In this document: piece by piece, positions 12,671-21,435 of the stretch
How the letters are laid out: the number at the start of each line of letters is the position of its first letter
Numbering within the stretch: the first letter of the stretch is position 1
Made by a program: the position numbers and the translations under genes
Origin: an uncultured Rhodanobacteraceae bacterium
GTDB lineage: Bacteria; Pseudomonadota; Gammaproteobacteria; Xanthomonadales; Rhodanobacteraceae
Length of the DNA: 64,000 bases
Direction of reading: 5' to 3'
NCBI GenBank assembly: GCA_964608595.1
Contig: CAZSOU010000001.1
Location: 6,716 to 70,715, forward strand
Notes under the pieces: generated by a model
Seen by the model: only the letters and a program-made list of their open reading frames with translations
The model's database searches: none
Told to the model about the DNA's origin: nothing

Positions 12671-14365
12671 ATGAACACAGAACGTCCGTGGCTGTCCAAT
12701 TATCCTGACGGTGTGCCGGCAACCATCGATGTCGATACGTACCATTCGCTGGTGGAGGTCATCGAGGAAGCCTTCGAGCGTTTCCGTCATCGGCCGGCGT
12801 TCTGCAATTTCGGCAAGATGTTGCGATACGACGACCTGGATCGCCTGAGCCGACAGTTTGCCGGATATCTGACCGGCGACCTGGGCCTCGGCAAAGGCGA
12901 CCGCATCGCCATCATGCTGCCCAACACCTTGCAGTACCCGATCGCGCTGTTCGGCGCGATTCGCGCCGGAGTCATCGTGGTCAACACCAACCCGATGTAC
13001 ACCGCGCGCGAGCTGAAGCACCAGCTGAACGATGCAGAAGTGGAAACCATCGTGGTACTGGACAATTTCGCCGCCACGCTGGAAAAGGTCATTTCCGAAA
13101 CGCCGATCAAGCAGGTGGTGACCACCGGCATCGGCGATTTGCTGGGGTTCCCGAAGGGCGCGGTGATCAATTTTGCCCTCAAGCACGTCAAGAAAATGGT
13201 ACCGCCCTACCACATCGACGGTGCGGTACGTTTCCGCGACGCGCTCAAGCATGGTGCGCGCCACAAGCCGCCACGGGTGGAACTGGGTCATGAGGACATC
13301 GCCTTTCTGCAATACACCGGCGGTACCACCGGGGTCGCCAAGGGCGCGATGCTGACGCATGGCAACATGGTGGCCAACATGCTCCAGGCCAGCGCATGGA
13401 TCGGCAAGCGGATGACCCCCGGCGAGGAAGTCATCATCACGGCACTGCCGCTTTACCACATCTTTTCATTGACGGCCAACGCACTGGTATTCATGCGCCT
13501 GGGCGGCCTCAACTGGCTGATCACCAACCCGCGCGACATGCCCGCCTTCGTCAAGGAGCTCGACAAATCGCACTTCACGGCCCTGACCGGCGTCAACACC
13601 CTGTTCAACGGCCTGATCAACACCGACGGCTTCGACAAGGTGGATTTCTCACGCCTGCGCCTGACGTTGGGCGGCGGCATGGCGGTACAGCGTGCCGTGG
13701 CCGAGCGCTGGAAAAAGATTACCGGCTGCTCGCTTCTCGAGGCATACGGCCTTACCGAAACCTCGCCGGCAGCCTGCATCAATCCGCTCGACCTGACCGA
13801 TTACAACGGCTCGATCGGTCTGCCGATTCCATCCACGGACGTGGCCATCTGGTCCGAAGACAACGAACCACTTGCCTTCGACGAAGTCGGCGAATTGATG
13901 GTCAGGGGTCCGCAGGTCATGAAGGGGTACTGGAACCGTCCCGAGGAAACCGACAAGGTGCTCACCGAGGACGGTTGGCTGCATACCGGCGACATCGCGC
14001 GCATGGATGCAAACGGCTACGTGTACATCGTCGACCGCAAGAAGGACATGATCCTGGTGTCCGGTTTCAACGTGTATCCCAACGAAATCGAAGATGTGGT
14101 GATCCGCCACCCCAAGGTCGCCGAAGTGGCTGCCGTGGGCATTCCGGACGAACATTCCGGCGAGGTGGTCAAATTATTCGTGGTGAAAAAGGACGCGTCG
14201 CTGACCGCGGACGAACTCAAACAGTTCTGTCATGACGAGCTGACCGGCTACAAGCGGCCCAAGGCGATCGAGTTTCGCGATGCACTGCCCAAGAGCAATG
14301 TGGGCAAGATATTGCGGCGTGCGTTGCGTGAAGAAGAAAGCAAGACTGCCGAACACGATAAATAA
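12671..14365 (+). CDS. fadD: Long-chain fatty acid-CoA ligase
   Basis: AMP-binding motif YTGGTTGVAKGAMLTH, GWLHTGD, and C-terminal PKSNVGKILRR; 564 aa. Confidence 0.9.
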   Translation: MNTERPWLSNYPDGVPATIDVDTYHSLVEVIEEAFERFRHRPAFCNFGKMLRYDDLDRLSRQFAGYLTGDLGLGKGDRIAIMLPNTLQYPIALFGAIRAGVIVVNTNPMYTARELKHQLNDAEVETIVVLDNFAATLEKVISETPIKQVVTTGIGDLLGFPKGAVINFALKHVKKMVPPYHIDGAVRFRDALKHGARHKPPRVELGHEDIAFLQYTGGTTGVAKGAMLTHGNMVANMLQASAWIGKRMTPGEEVIITALPLYHIFSLTANALVFMRLGGLNWLITNPRDMPAFVKELDKSHFTALTGVNTLFNGLINTDGFDKVDFSRLRLTLGGGMAVQRAVAERWKKITGCSLLEAYGLTETSPAACINPLDLTDYNGSIGLPIPSTDVAIWSEDNEPLAFDEVGELMVRGPQVMKGYWNRPEETDKVLTEDGWLHTGDIARMDANGYVYIVDRKKDMILVSGFNVYPNEIEDVVIRHPKVAEVAAVGIPDEHSGEVVKLFVVKKDASLTADELKQFCHDELTGYKRPKAIEFRDALPKSNVGKILRRALREEESKTAEHDK

Positions 14366-14381
14366 TGGGCTGTCGCAACGT

Positions 14382-14744
14382 TCAAACGTCGTTCCAGGCC
14401 TCCAGCTTGTCCGCATAGCCACCCAGCAGATTCCACAAGGCCTGCTGCTTGTCTTCGGGGATGCGGCTGTAAGCCATGCCAATCCAGCGATCGGACACCC
14501 GCACGACCGTGGCTTCCAGGTGAATATGCAGATCATGACCGAAAATCATGTCCAGCACCCAGGTCTGTCCCGCTTGCCCCGGCCAGTCGCGGGGGCAATT
14601 GAGCAGTACCCCCGTAGCCGAGATGTCCTCCAGCTCGGTGGGGAACGACTCGCTGCCGCGAATCATCAACACCGCCGTTTCGATGCGCATGCGCGCATGG
14701 CGGAGTCCACCAGCCGTGGCGTCCTTTCGACTCTCCGATACCAT
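14382..14744 (-). CDS. PilZ-domain protein (120 aa), candidate c-di-GMP receptor
   Basis: Arginine cluster LRHARMRI followed by DISATG (DxSxxG). The upstream part of the 255-codon ORF is not protein-like, so ATG 14744 was chosen. Confidence 0.65.
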   Translation of the reverse strand: MVSESRKDATAGGLRHARMRIETAVLMIRGSESFPTELEDISATGVLLNCPRDWPGQAGQTWVLDMIFGHDLHIHLEATVVRVSDRWIGMAYSRIPEDKQQALWNLLGGYADKLEAWNDV

Positions 14745-15381
14745 GATTGACTTGCCCCTATCCTCTCCAGCAGCAGGTGACCGCGCTACACACGTACGAA
14801 GCAAAAACCGGGCCATTATAACGATACTCTGATTATGTGACGCATTTCCGTCTTGCATGAACGGCCACGTGACATGTGCACGGACACAGACTGTCACATT
14901 GTGTCGTGCATCGGCCAATTCAAAAGGAATATTCGATAAACGCGGCATCGCGTCGAATCTCACCACGCCCAGCCGGAACATTTGCGCTGCCTTGTTCAGA
15001 AGGCCCCGGGCGCCTGATTTCTCCTGGCGGGCCTCGGCGGCACTGGACTTGATTGACGTCAAGCGATAATCTTTGATGCCACAGGAAGCGTCGCAACCAA
15101 CGGGACGCCGTTCATGTCGAGAAATCAGGTCGACGGCAACGCTTCGCAAAGCATCATAATCAGCAACCTCGGCGCCACGCGACGTTACCGCGCGTGCCAG
15201 ACGGGGCTTGCAAGAATCTGGAAAACCTCACCGACGTTGCTGCGTCTCCGGCAACGTCCAAGCCGATGATGGCTGTCCGTGACATGCGTCGGGTCATGAT
15301 CGTGCGCCCGGCACACTCCGGTCTTCGGTACGGGGGCATGTTCAGGCGAATTTTGCATAAACCAAGGGTCGATACGCTCAC

Positions 15382-16248
15382 ATGAGCAGCGAACCAGTCG
15401 AGTCGAATGCGGCCGATGCGCCGCAAAACATGTTTGTCCCGGTTCCGCAGCAGCAGGAAATGCCGCTGGCGGTGGTGCATGGCCAGCCGGTGCTGGAAAT
15501 GCCGCAGGATCTGTACATTCCACCGGATGCACTGGAAGTCATCCTGGAAGCCTTCGAAGGACCGCTGGACCTGCTCCTGTACCTGATCCGGCGCCAGAAT
15601 CTGGACATTCTGGACATCCCGATCGCCGAAATCACGCGTCAATACATGGCATACATCGAAATGATGCGCGACGTGATGCGACTGGAACTGGCCGCCGAAT
15701 ACTTGCTGATGGCCGCCATCCTGGCCGAAATCAAGTCACGGCTGCTGCTGCCGCGGCCACCGGTCGAAGAAGGAGTCGAGGAGGATCCGCGCGCCGAGCT
15801 GGTGCGCCGCCTGCAGGAATACGAGCGTTACAAGAAGGCCGCCGAAGACATCGACGCCCTGCCGCGCGAAGAGCGCGACTTCAGCATCGCCAGTGCCCAT
15901 GTCGCCGATCGCAACGTGATCCGGCTGCCGCCACCGGTGGACATGCGCGAAATGCTGCTGGCGCTCAAGGACGTCCTGCAGCGTGCCGAGCTTTTCACCA
16001 AGCATGCGGTACAACGCGAACCGCTCAGCGTGCGCCAACGCATGAGTGAACTGTTGAGTCACATCGAAGATGGCCAATTTCACCGCTTCGAAACCCTGTT
16101 CACGCCCGAAGAAGGCCGTCTCGGGGTGGTGGTGAGTTTTCTCGCCATGCTGGAGCTGGCCAAGGAAATGCTGATCCAGATCGTCCAGGAACAACCCCTG
16201 GCCGCCATTTATGTCAAAACCGGAAGCGCGTCCGCACACGAGCCCTGA
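15382..16248 (+). CDS. scpA: Segregation and condensation protein A (kleisin)
   Basis: LEAFEGPLDLLLYLIRRQNLDILDIPIAEITRQY is a typical ScpA N-terminus; scpB follows. Confidence 0.9.
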   Translation: MSSEPVESNAADAPQNMFVPVPQQQEMPLAVVHGQPVLEMPQDLYIPPDALEVILEAFEGPLDLLLYLIRRQNLDILDIPIAEITRQYMAYIEMMRDVMRLELAAEYLLMAAILAEIKSRLLLPRPPVEEGVEEDPRAELVRRLQEYERYKKAAEDIDALPREERDFSIASAHVADRNVIRLPPPVDMREMLLALKDVLQRAELFTKHAVQREPLSVRQRMSELLSHIEDGQFHRFETLFTPEEGRLGVVVSFLAMLELAKEMLIQIVQEQPLAAIYVKTGSASAHEP

Positions 16249-16249
16249 G

Positions 16250-17104
16250 ATGGACACCATCGAAATCAAGAAAATCATCGAAGCCGCCCTGCTCGCCTCC
16301 ACTCAACCGCTGACGGTACCGCATCTGGAGGCGCTTTTTGCCGACAATTCGGACACCCCGGTCAGCCACGAGCTCGTTGCGGGTGCGCTGGAAGCACTGG
16401 GTGAAGACTGTGCCGAACGCGGCATCGAACTGGTCGAGGTGGCAAGCGGCTTTCGCTTCCAGATTCGCCAGGAAGTCCACCCCTGGGTGCAGCGAATGTG
16501 GACCGAGCGCCCCAGCCGCTACTCGCGCGCCTTGCTGGAAACACTGGCACTGATCGCCTATCGCCAGCCCATTACCCGTGGCGAAATCGAACAGGTGCGC
16601 GGTGTCACGGTCTCCACCAACATCGTCAAGACACTGGAGGAGCGCGAATGGATTCGTGTCGTGGGCCACCGCGATGCACCCGGCCGCCCGGCCCTGTTCG
16701 GTACCACGCGCACCTTTCTTGATTATTTCAACCTCAAGTCGCTGGATGAATTGCCGCCATTGGCCGACATCCTCAACCTCGAAGACATGGATCCGCAGCT
16801 CAAGCTTGACGGCGACAAAACCGCGCAAGTGGGCCCGCCGGCGCCTGCCGACAGCGATGCCGGCTCCGGGCATGCCGATCCCGAACACGCGGCCCCCGAC
16901 GAGGCCGTTGAAACACCTCCCGAGACGGCAGCAACCGATAGCCTCGCCTCGGGCGCCACCGACGATGCCGAAAGCACACCGCTCGAAACGGAAAACGCTG
17001 TCGACACCACCCCATCCCGAGACACTGATGCCGATGACGGCATGCCAGACGTCGAATCACCGGCCGATGCCGGACATGAAAAACCCGAGGAGGACCGCGC
17101 ATGA
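16250..17104 (+). CDS. scpB: Segregation and condensation protein B with a long acidic C-terminal tail
   Basis: IEAALLASTQPL and LETLALIAYRQPITRGEIEQVRGV winged-helix motifs. ATG 16250 lies 1 nt after the scpA stop. Confidence 0.9.
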   Translation: MDTIEIKKIIEAALLASTQPLTVPHLEALFADNSDTPVSHELVAGALEALGEDCAERGIELVEVASGFRFQIRQEVHPWVQRMWTERPSRYSRALLETLALIAYRQPITRGEIEQVRGVTVSTNIVKTLEEREWIRVVGHRDAPGRPALFGTTRTFLDYFNLKSLDELPPLADILNLEDMDPQLKLDGDKTAQVGPPAPADSDAGSGHADPEHAAPDEAVETPPETAATDSLASGATDDAESTPLETENAVDTTPSRDTDADDGMPDVESPADAGHEKPEEDRA

Positions 17105-18339
17105 GTGCGCAACACCGCTCTGTGCTTTCGCTCAAGCATGACACCCCCAAAAATGGCGAACCCGCGTTGGAAGAACGGCTGCACAAAGTGCTGGCCAACG
17201 CCGGACAGGGCTCGCGCCGGATGCTGGAACAACGCATCGCCAACGGTGAAATCGTCGTCAATGGCGAGATCGCCAAAGTCGGCTCCAGCGTCAGCGCCGG
17301 CGACCGCATCGCCATCGACAATCACCAGTTTGTGGTGGCCACCGACACGCGCGAAAATGCGGAAGTACTGATCTACAACAAGCCCGAAGGCATTCTGGTC
17401 ACGCGCGACGACACCGAAGGCCGTCCCACGGTCTTCGAGCAGCTGCCGAGGGTCAAGGGCGCACGCTGGGTTGCGGTCGGCCGCCTGGACATCAACACCA
17501 CGGGCCTGCTTTTGCTGACGACCGACGGCGATCTGGCCAATGCCCTGATGCACCCCGGCAGCGGCATCGAGCGCGAATATCTGTGCCGCGTGCACGGCGA
17601 AGTACCAGCCGACGTGCTGGAGCAACTGAAAGCCGGCGTGACACTGGAAGATGGCCCGGCACATTTCGATGACATCAGCGTGGTCAGCACCGGCGCCAGC
17701 CACAGCTGGTTTCGCGTCATCATCGGCGAGGGTCGCAACCGCGAAGTCCGGCGCCTGTGGGAGTCGCAGGGGTTCATGGTCAGCCGTCTGAAACGCATCC
17801 GCTACGGCAGCATCGAATTGCCACGCAAATTGCGCCGCGGCGAATCGGACACACTGGATGCCGACACCGTCCGCGAACTGCGCGGCAAAGCCGGCCTGAG
17901 CGACCCGCAACCGACACTGACCCTGTCACCCGTGCTGCGCCAGCGTCGGGCAAGCCGCCACGTCACCGAATACAAACCCGACCGCGACAACAGTCAGCGA
18001 GCGTGGACCGGCGCCTATCAAAACGAAGCGCGTGAACTGACGGCTTTCGACCGCATCCGCGACGATCGCCCACCGCGTGGCGGCAAGCCCAAGCGACGTG
18101 CGCGCGGCGACGTCAACGGCAACGTCGCCAAGCCCGACAAGCCGGCCAATCGTCGTCACAAGAAAAAGCGCAGTGTTGCGCCCGGGCAGGAATTGCCGTC
18201 GGTGCGCACATGGTTTGCAGGTGACAGTCGCGGCGGCCCCAAAGGTCGCGGCAAGCCCGGCGGCAACCGCTCGGGCAAGGGCGGCGGCAAAGGCCCGCGC
18301 AATGGGGGCGGTGGTCAATCCCGCCGCGGCAAACAGTAA
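17101..18339 (+). CDS. rluB: 23S rRNA pseudouridine synthase RluB-type with an R/G/K-rich tail
   Basis: S4 domain ERLHKVLANAGQGSRR and catalytic VGRLDINTTGLLLLTTDG. ATG overlaps the scpB stop (ATGA). Confidence 0.9.
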   Translation: MSAQHRSVLSLKHDTPKNGEPALEERLHKVLANAGQGSRRMLEQRIANGEIVVNGEIAKVGSSVSAGDRIAIDNHQFVVATDTRENAEVLIYNKPEGILVTRDDTEGRPTVFEQLPRVKGARWVAVGRLDINTTGLLLLTTDGDLANALMHPGSGIEREYLCRVHGEVPADVLEQLKAGVTLEDGPAHFDDISVVSTGASHSWFRVIIGEGRNREVRRLWESQGFMVSRLKRIRYGSIELPRKLRRGESDTLDADTVRELRGKAGLSDPQPTLTLSPVLRQRRASRHVTEYKPDRDNSQRAWTGAYQNEARELTAFDRIRDDRPPRGGKPKRRARGDVNGNVAKPDKPANRRHKKKRSVAPGQELPSVRTWFAGDSRGGPKGRGKPGGNRSGKGGGKGPRNGGGGQSRRGKQ

Positions 18340-18353
18340 AGGAGAAGTACCCG

Positions 18354-18704
18354 GTGAACGACGTACGCATTTATCACAACCCGCGCTGTTCCAAATCACG
18401 CGCCACCCTGGAACTGCTGGACAAACACGGCATCAAGCCCGAAGTCATCAAGTACCTGGAAACGCCGCCAAGCGCCGAGGAAATCGACCATATCCTGCGC
18501 CTGCTGAAACTGGAACCGCGCCAACTCATGCGCCCCACCGAGGCCGAGTACGTCGACCTCAACTTGTCCGACAACAGCCTCAGCCGCAAGCAACTCATTG
18601 ATGCCATGGTCGAGCATCCGCGTCTCATCCAGCGCCCGATCGTTCTGACCAACGGCAAGGCGGCGCTGGGCCGACCGCCGGAAAACGTGCTCGAGATTCT
18701 TTAG
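18354..18704 (+). CDS. arsC: Arsenate reductase (glutaredoxin-type ArsC family)
   Basis: IYHNPRCSKSR catalytic-Cys motif and LIQRPIV; 116 aa, GTG start. Confidence 0.85.
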   Translation: MNDVRIYHNPRCSKSRATLELLDKHGIKPEVIKYLETPPSAEEIDHILRLLKLEPRQLMRPTEAEYVDLNLSDNSLSRKQLIDAMVEHPRLIQRPIVLTNGKAALGRPPENVLEIL

Positions 18705-18745
18705 GACCGTTGCGGTCAAGTCATGCAGGCAACAAGCCGATTCAC

Positions 18746-18780
18746 CACAGGAGCGCATCTCGTGCGCGACCGCTGTACGG
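18746..18780. repeat. Short REP-like palindromic unit (GGAGCGCATCTCGTGCGCGAC type), copy 1
   Basis: cacaggagcgcatctcgtgcgcgaccgctgt. An inverted degenerate copy sits at 18803-18820 (rc agcacatctcatgtgcgg, 14/18 match by hand). Related units occur at 27055-27091 and 37494-37525. Confidence 0.5.
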
Positions 18781-18820
18781 TACGGGCCCGATGAAACCGT
18801 TGCCGCACATGAGATGTGCT

Positions 18821-18975
18821 CTACAGGGAGCCTCGAAAAACCGTTGCTCCCTGGAACTGCCCTTGTGGGAGGGGCCGGTGGCGCCGACGGATCATGCGGT
18901 ACATCCTGTCGGGGCCACCGGCCCCTCCCACAGGAAACTCCATGATCCGCGGTTTTTCGAGGTTCCCTACAGGGG
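18821..18975. repeat. ~155-bp nested-palindrome (MITE/BIME-like) intergenic repeat, copy A
   Basis: Outer inverted arms AGGGAGCCTCGAAAAACCG / CGGTTTTTCGAGGTTCCCT. Inner long hairpin TGTGGGAGGGGCCGGTGGCGCCGACGG...CTGTCGGGGCCACCGGCCCCTCCCACA. Near-identical inverted copy at 48864-49020 and a shorter copy at 37411-37497. Confidence 0.85.
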
Positions 18976-19782
18976 CTGGATGTCGAATGGATCGGCGTCC
19001 ATCCATGCGGGAAAATGCTCGCGGTGTTCACACAACTGGCGCGCACTCAGGGTGGTGGTGACCACTTGTTCCTGCGCGCCCAGATCGATCAGCGACGCAC
19101 CCAGCGGATCCAGCACCGCGCTGTCCCCGGCGTACGACTGATCGTTCCCATCCACCCCGACACGATTGACGCCGGCGCAAAACGCCAGGTTCTCGATGGC
19201 ACGCGCACGCAGCAACGTACGCCAGGCCGTGCGCCGGGGTGACGGCCAGTTGGCGACAAAAAGCATCAGGTCGTATTCCATGCCTGCCATTGCTTCTTCT
19301 TCACGGCGGTTGCGAATCCATACCGGGAAACGCAGGTCGTAGCAGATTTGCGGCAGAATACGCCAGTCACGCCAGGTCACGACCCGCCGCTCGGCGCCCG
19401 CGGCATATCGCTCGTGCTCACCGGCGTAACGGAACAGGTGGCGCTTGTCATAATGCTGCACGTCGCCATCAGGCGTGATGAACAGCATGCGGTTGTAGAC
19501 GCCCTCGCCCTGCGCCCCGTCGGCACGTATCTGGACGCTGCCGGCAATGGCGACGTCCAGCCGACGAGCGGTTTCCAGCAGCCAGTCCAGCGTGGGACCC
19601 TGCATGGTTTCCGCGTGATCGATCGCCGCATTGGAGAAGCCGCTGGTGAACGTTTCCGGCAACACCACCAAGTCGGTTTGCCCGGTCAACGATTCGATCA
19701 GGCTACCGTAATACTCACGATTGGCCTGCGGGTTGTGCCAGCGGGTGTTGCCCTGCACCAATGAAATTCGCAAATCCTGCAT
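18967..19782 (-). CDS. yafV: Carbon-nitrogen hydrolase family protein (omega-amidase YafV-like)
   Basis: Nitrilase-superfamily E-K-C motifs LPETF, HYDKRHLF and ICYDLRFP. ATG 19782 lies 8 nt after the upstream aminotransferase stop. Confidence 0.85.
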   Translation of the reverse strand: MQDLRISLVQGNTRWHNPQANREYYGSLIESLTGQTDLVVLPETFTSGFSNAAIDHAETMQGPTLDWLLETARRLDVAIAGSVQIRADGAQGEGVYNRMLFITPDGDVQHYDKRHLFRYAGEHERYAAGAERRVVTWRDWRILPQICYDLRFPVWIRNRREEEAMAGMEYDLMLFVANWPSPRRTAWRTLLRARAIENLAFCAGVNRVGVDGNDQSYAGDSAVLDPLGASLIDLGAQEQVVTTTLSARQLCEHREHFPAWMDADPFDIQPL

Positions 19783-19790
19783 GGGCCTGC

Positions 19791-20936
19791 TCACAACCGG
19801 CACAATCGTTCAGCCGCCGCCTGCATGGTGGCGTCGCTTTTGGCAAAACACAGCCGCAGCAGACGCGATGCCGGCGGATTTTCGTAAAACGGCGACAACG
19901 GCACTGCCGCCACACCGCCTTCCCGAACCAACCATTCGCTGAAGTTGATGTCGTCGACATCGCGAATGGCCGAGTAATCGACCAACTGGAAGTAGCCGCC
20001 GGGAACATCCGACAACTCGAGCCTGGAGTCTTTCAGCAAATCGCGAAAATAATCGCGCTTGGACTGATAGAAGGCGGACAAGCCGAGATAGTGTTCAGGA
20101 TGATTCTCCAGCACTTCGGCCAGCGCCACCTGTGCCGGACGAAACGTGCAGAACGTGAGGTACTGATGCACCTTGCGAAATTCCGCCGACAGCGGCTTGG
20201 GCGCAACGCAATATCCCACCTTCCAGCCGGTGCAATGCCAGGTCTTGCCGAAGGAGCCGATCACGAAACTGCGCTCGGCCAGCTCGTCGTGACGCAACAC
20301 GCTCTGATGCTTGGCGCCATCGTAAACGATGTGCTGATACACCTCGTCGGACAAGACCACGATATCGGTATCGCGTACCAGGTCGGCCAGGGCGTCCAGA
20401 TCCTGTGCCGTCAACACCGCGCCGCTGGGATTGTGCGGACTGTTGAGCAGAATCATGCGCGTATGCGGCGTCACCGCGTCGCGTACACGCTGCCAATCGA
20501 CGTGAAAATCCGGCAACGCCAACGGTACATGCACCGCCTGTGCTCCCTGCAAATTGATGGCAGGCTCGTAGCAGTCATATGCGGGATCGAAAACGATCAC
20601 CTCGTCACCTGCGCTCACGACGGCCGCGATGGCCGCAAAGATGGCCTCGGTGGCACCGGACGTGATCGTGACTTCGGTGTCGGCGCTGACACGGCGAGCG
20701 TACAAACGCTCGGTCTTGCGGGAAATCTGTTCACGCAACGACGCCATGCCGATACCCGGGGCATACTGATTCTGACCGTCGGCCATGGCCCGCGTGACAG
20801 CATCACGCAAGGCTTCGGGCGGCTCGAAATCGGGAAAACCCTGCCCCAGATTGACGGCCTTGTGCTCGACCGCCAGCTGGCTCATCACACTGAAGATGGT
20901 GGTGCCGACCTTGGGCAACTTGGTATCGACTTGCAT
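19791..20936 (-). CDS. ybdL: PLP-dependent aminotransferase (methionine/glutamine transaminase YbdL-like)
   Basis: MQVDTKLPKVGTTIFSVMSQLA...NLGQGFPDF N-terminus and PLP-lysine region SFGKTWHCTGWKVGY. Confidence 0.85.
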   Translation of the reverse strand: MQVDTKLPKVGTTIFSVMSQLAVEHKAVNLGQGFPDFEPPEALRDAVTRAMADGQNQYAPGIGMASLREQISRKTERLYARRVSADTEVTITSGATEAIFAAIAAVVSAGDEVIVFDPAYDCYEPAINLQGAQAVHVPLALPDFHVDWQRVRDAVTPHTRMILLNSPHNPSGAVLTAQDLDALADLVRDTDIVVLSDEVYQHIVYDGAKHQSVLRHDELAERSFVIGSFGKTWHCTGWKVGYCVAPKPLSAEFRKVHQYLTFCTFRPAQVALAEVLENHPEHYLGLSAFYQSKRDYFRDLLKDSRLELSDVPGGYFQLVDYSAIRDVDDINFSEWLVREGGVAAVPLSPFYENPPASRLLRLCFAKSDATMQAAAERLCRL

Positions 20937-21063
20937 GTTCGCAACTCCGCGATGGATGGCCGAAAAACATGCTAGCACGCGCCACTCGAGCGCCCGTCAC
21001 CGGCACTGAAAATTGCCGCCGCAACGACAACAACCATGCTTGCATGCCACAATAGGCGGCCAC

Positions 21064-21140
21064 GGCCCCGTAGTTCAGCTGGATAGAACGGCCGCCTCCT
21101 AAGCGGCAGGTCACAGGTTCGAATCCTGTCGGGGTCGCCA
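21064..21140 (+). tRNA. tRNA-Arg (anticodon CCT)
   Basis: Hand-folded cloverleaf. Acceptor GGCCCCG/CGGGGTC; D-arm GTTC-AGCTGGATA-GAAC; anticodon stem GCCGC/GCGGC with loop CTCCTAA; T-arm ACAGG-TTCGAAT-CCTGT; encoded GCCA 3' end. Confidence 0.95.
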
Positions 21141-21435
21141 ACCTGGTTTCTCCCGGGCGTGCGGCACCAACCCTGGAGCCGCGCTGCAGCACGTATTTCG
21201 TATCCGGGTACATCCCGAAACCCCGGCCAGCTCCCGCCACCGCCGACGACCTCCAAATCCGTACCTGGGGCCGGGAGCAGCCATCACGTGCCCAACAAAA
21301 CGCCGCGCGTTGGTTCGGCATTCAGAGACCGGCGTATCGCCATCTGCGTCCAGCCACCAAAATGACGTAAACTTCCGCGTGAAGTCGTTTTGTTGATGCT
21401 CATGATGTACTGGACAGCCGTCGCCGGATAAGACC

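Noticed and set aside
14745-15149. Longer 255-codon version of the PilZ ORF (14382..15149)
   Set aside because: The N-terminal 135 codons lie in AT-richer sequence and have an implausible translation. The PilZ domain is complete from ATG 14744.
18396-19046. ORFs running through the large palindromic repeats (18396..19046, 18710..19141, 48755..49201, 48909..49340, 37304..37615)
   Set aside because: Their shared peptide strings (for example REPRKTVAPW..GRGRWPRRIMRYILSGPPAPPTGNS) simply reflect translation of the repeated DNA in both orientations. No start or RBS context is present, and they overlap real genes.
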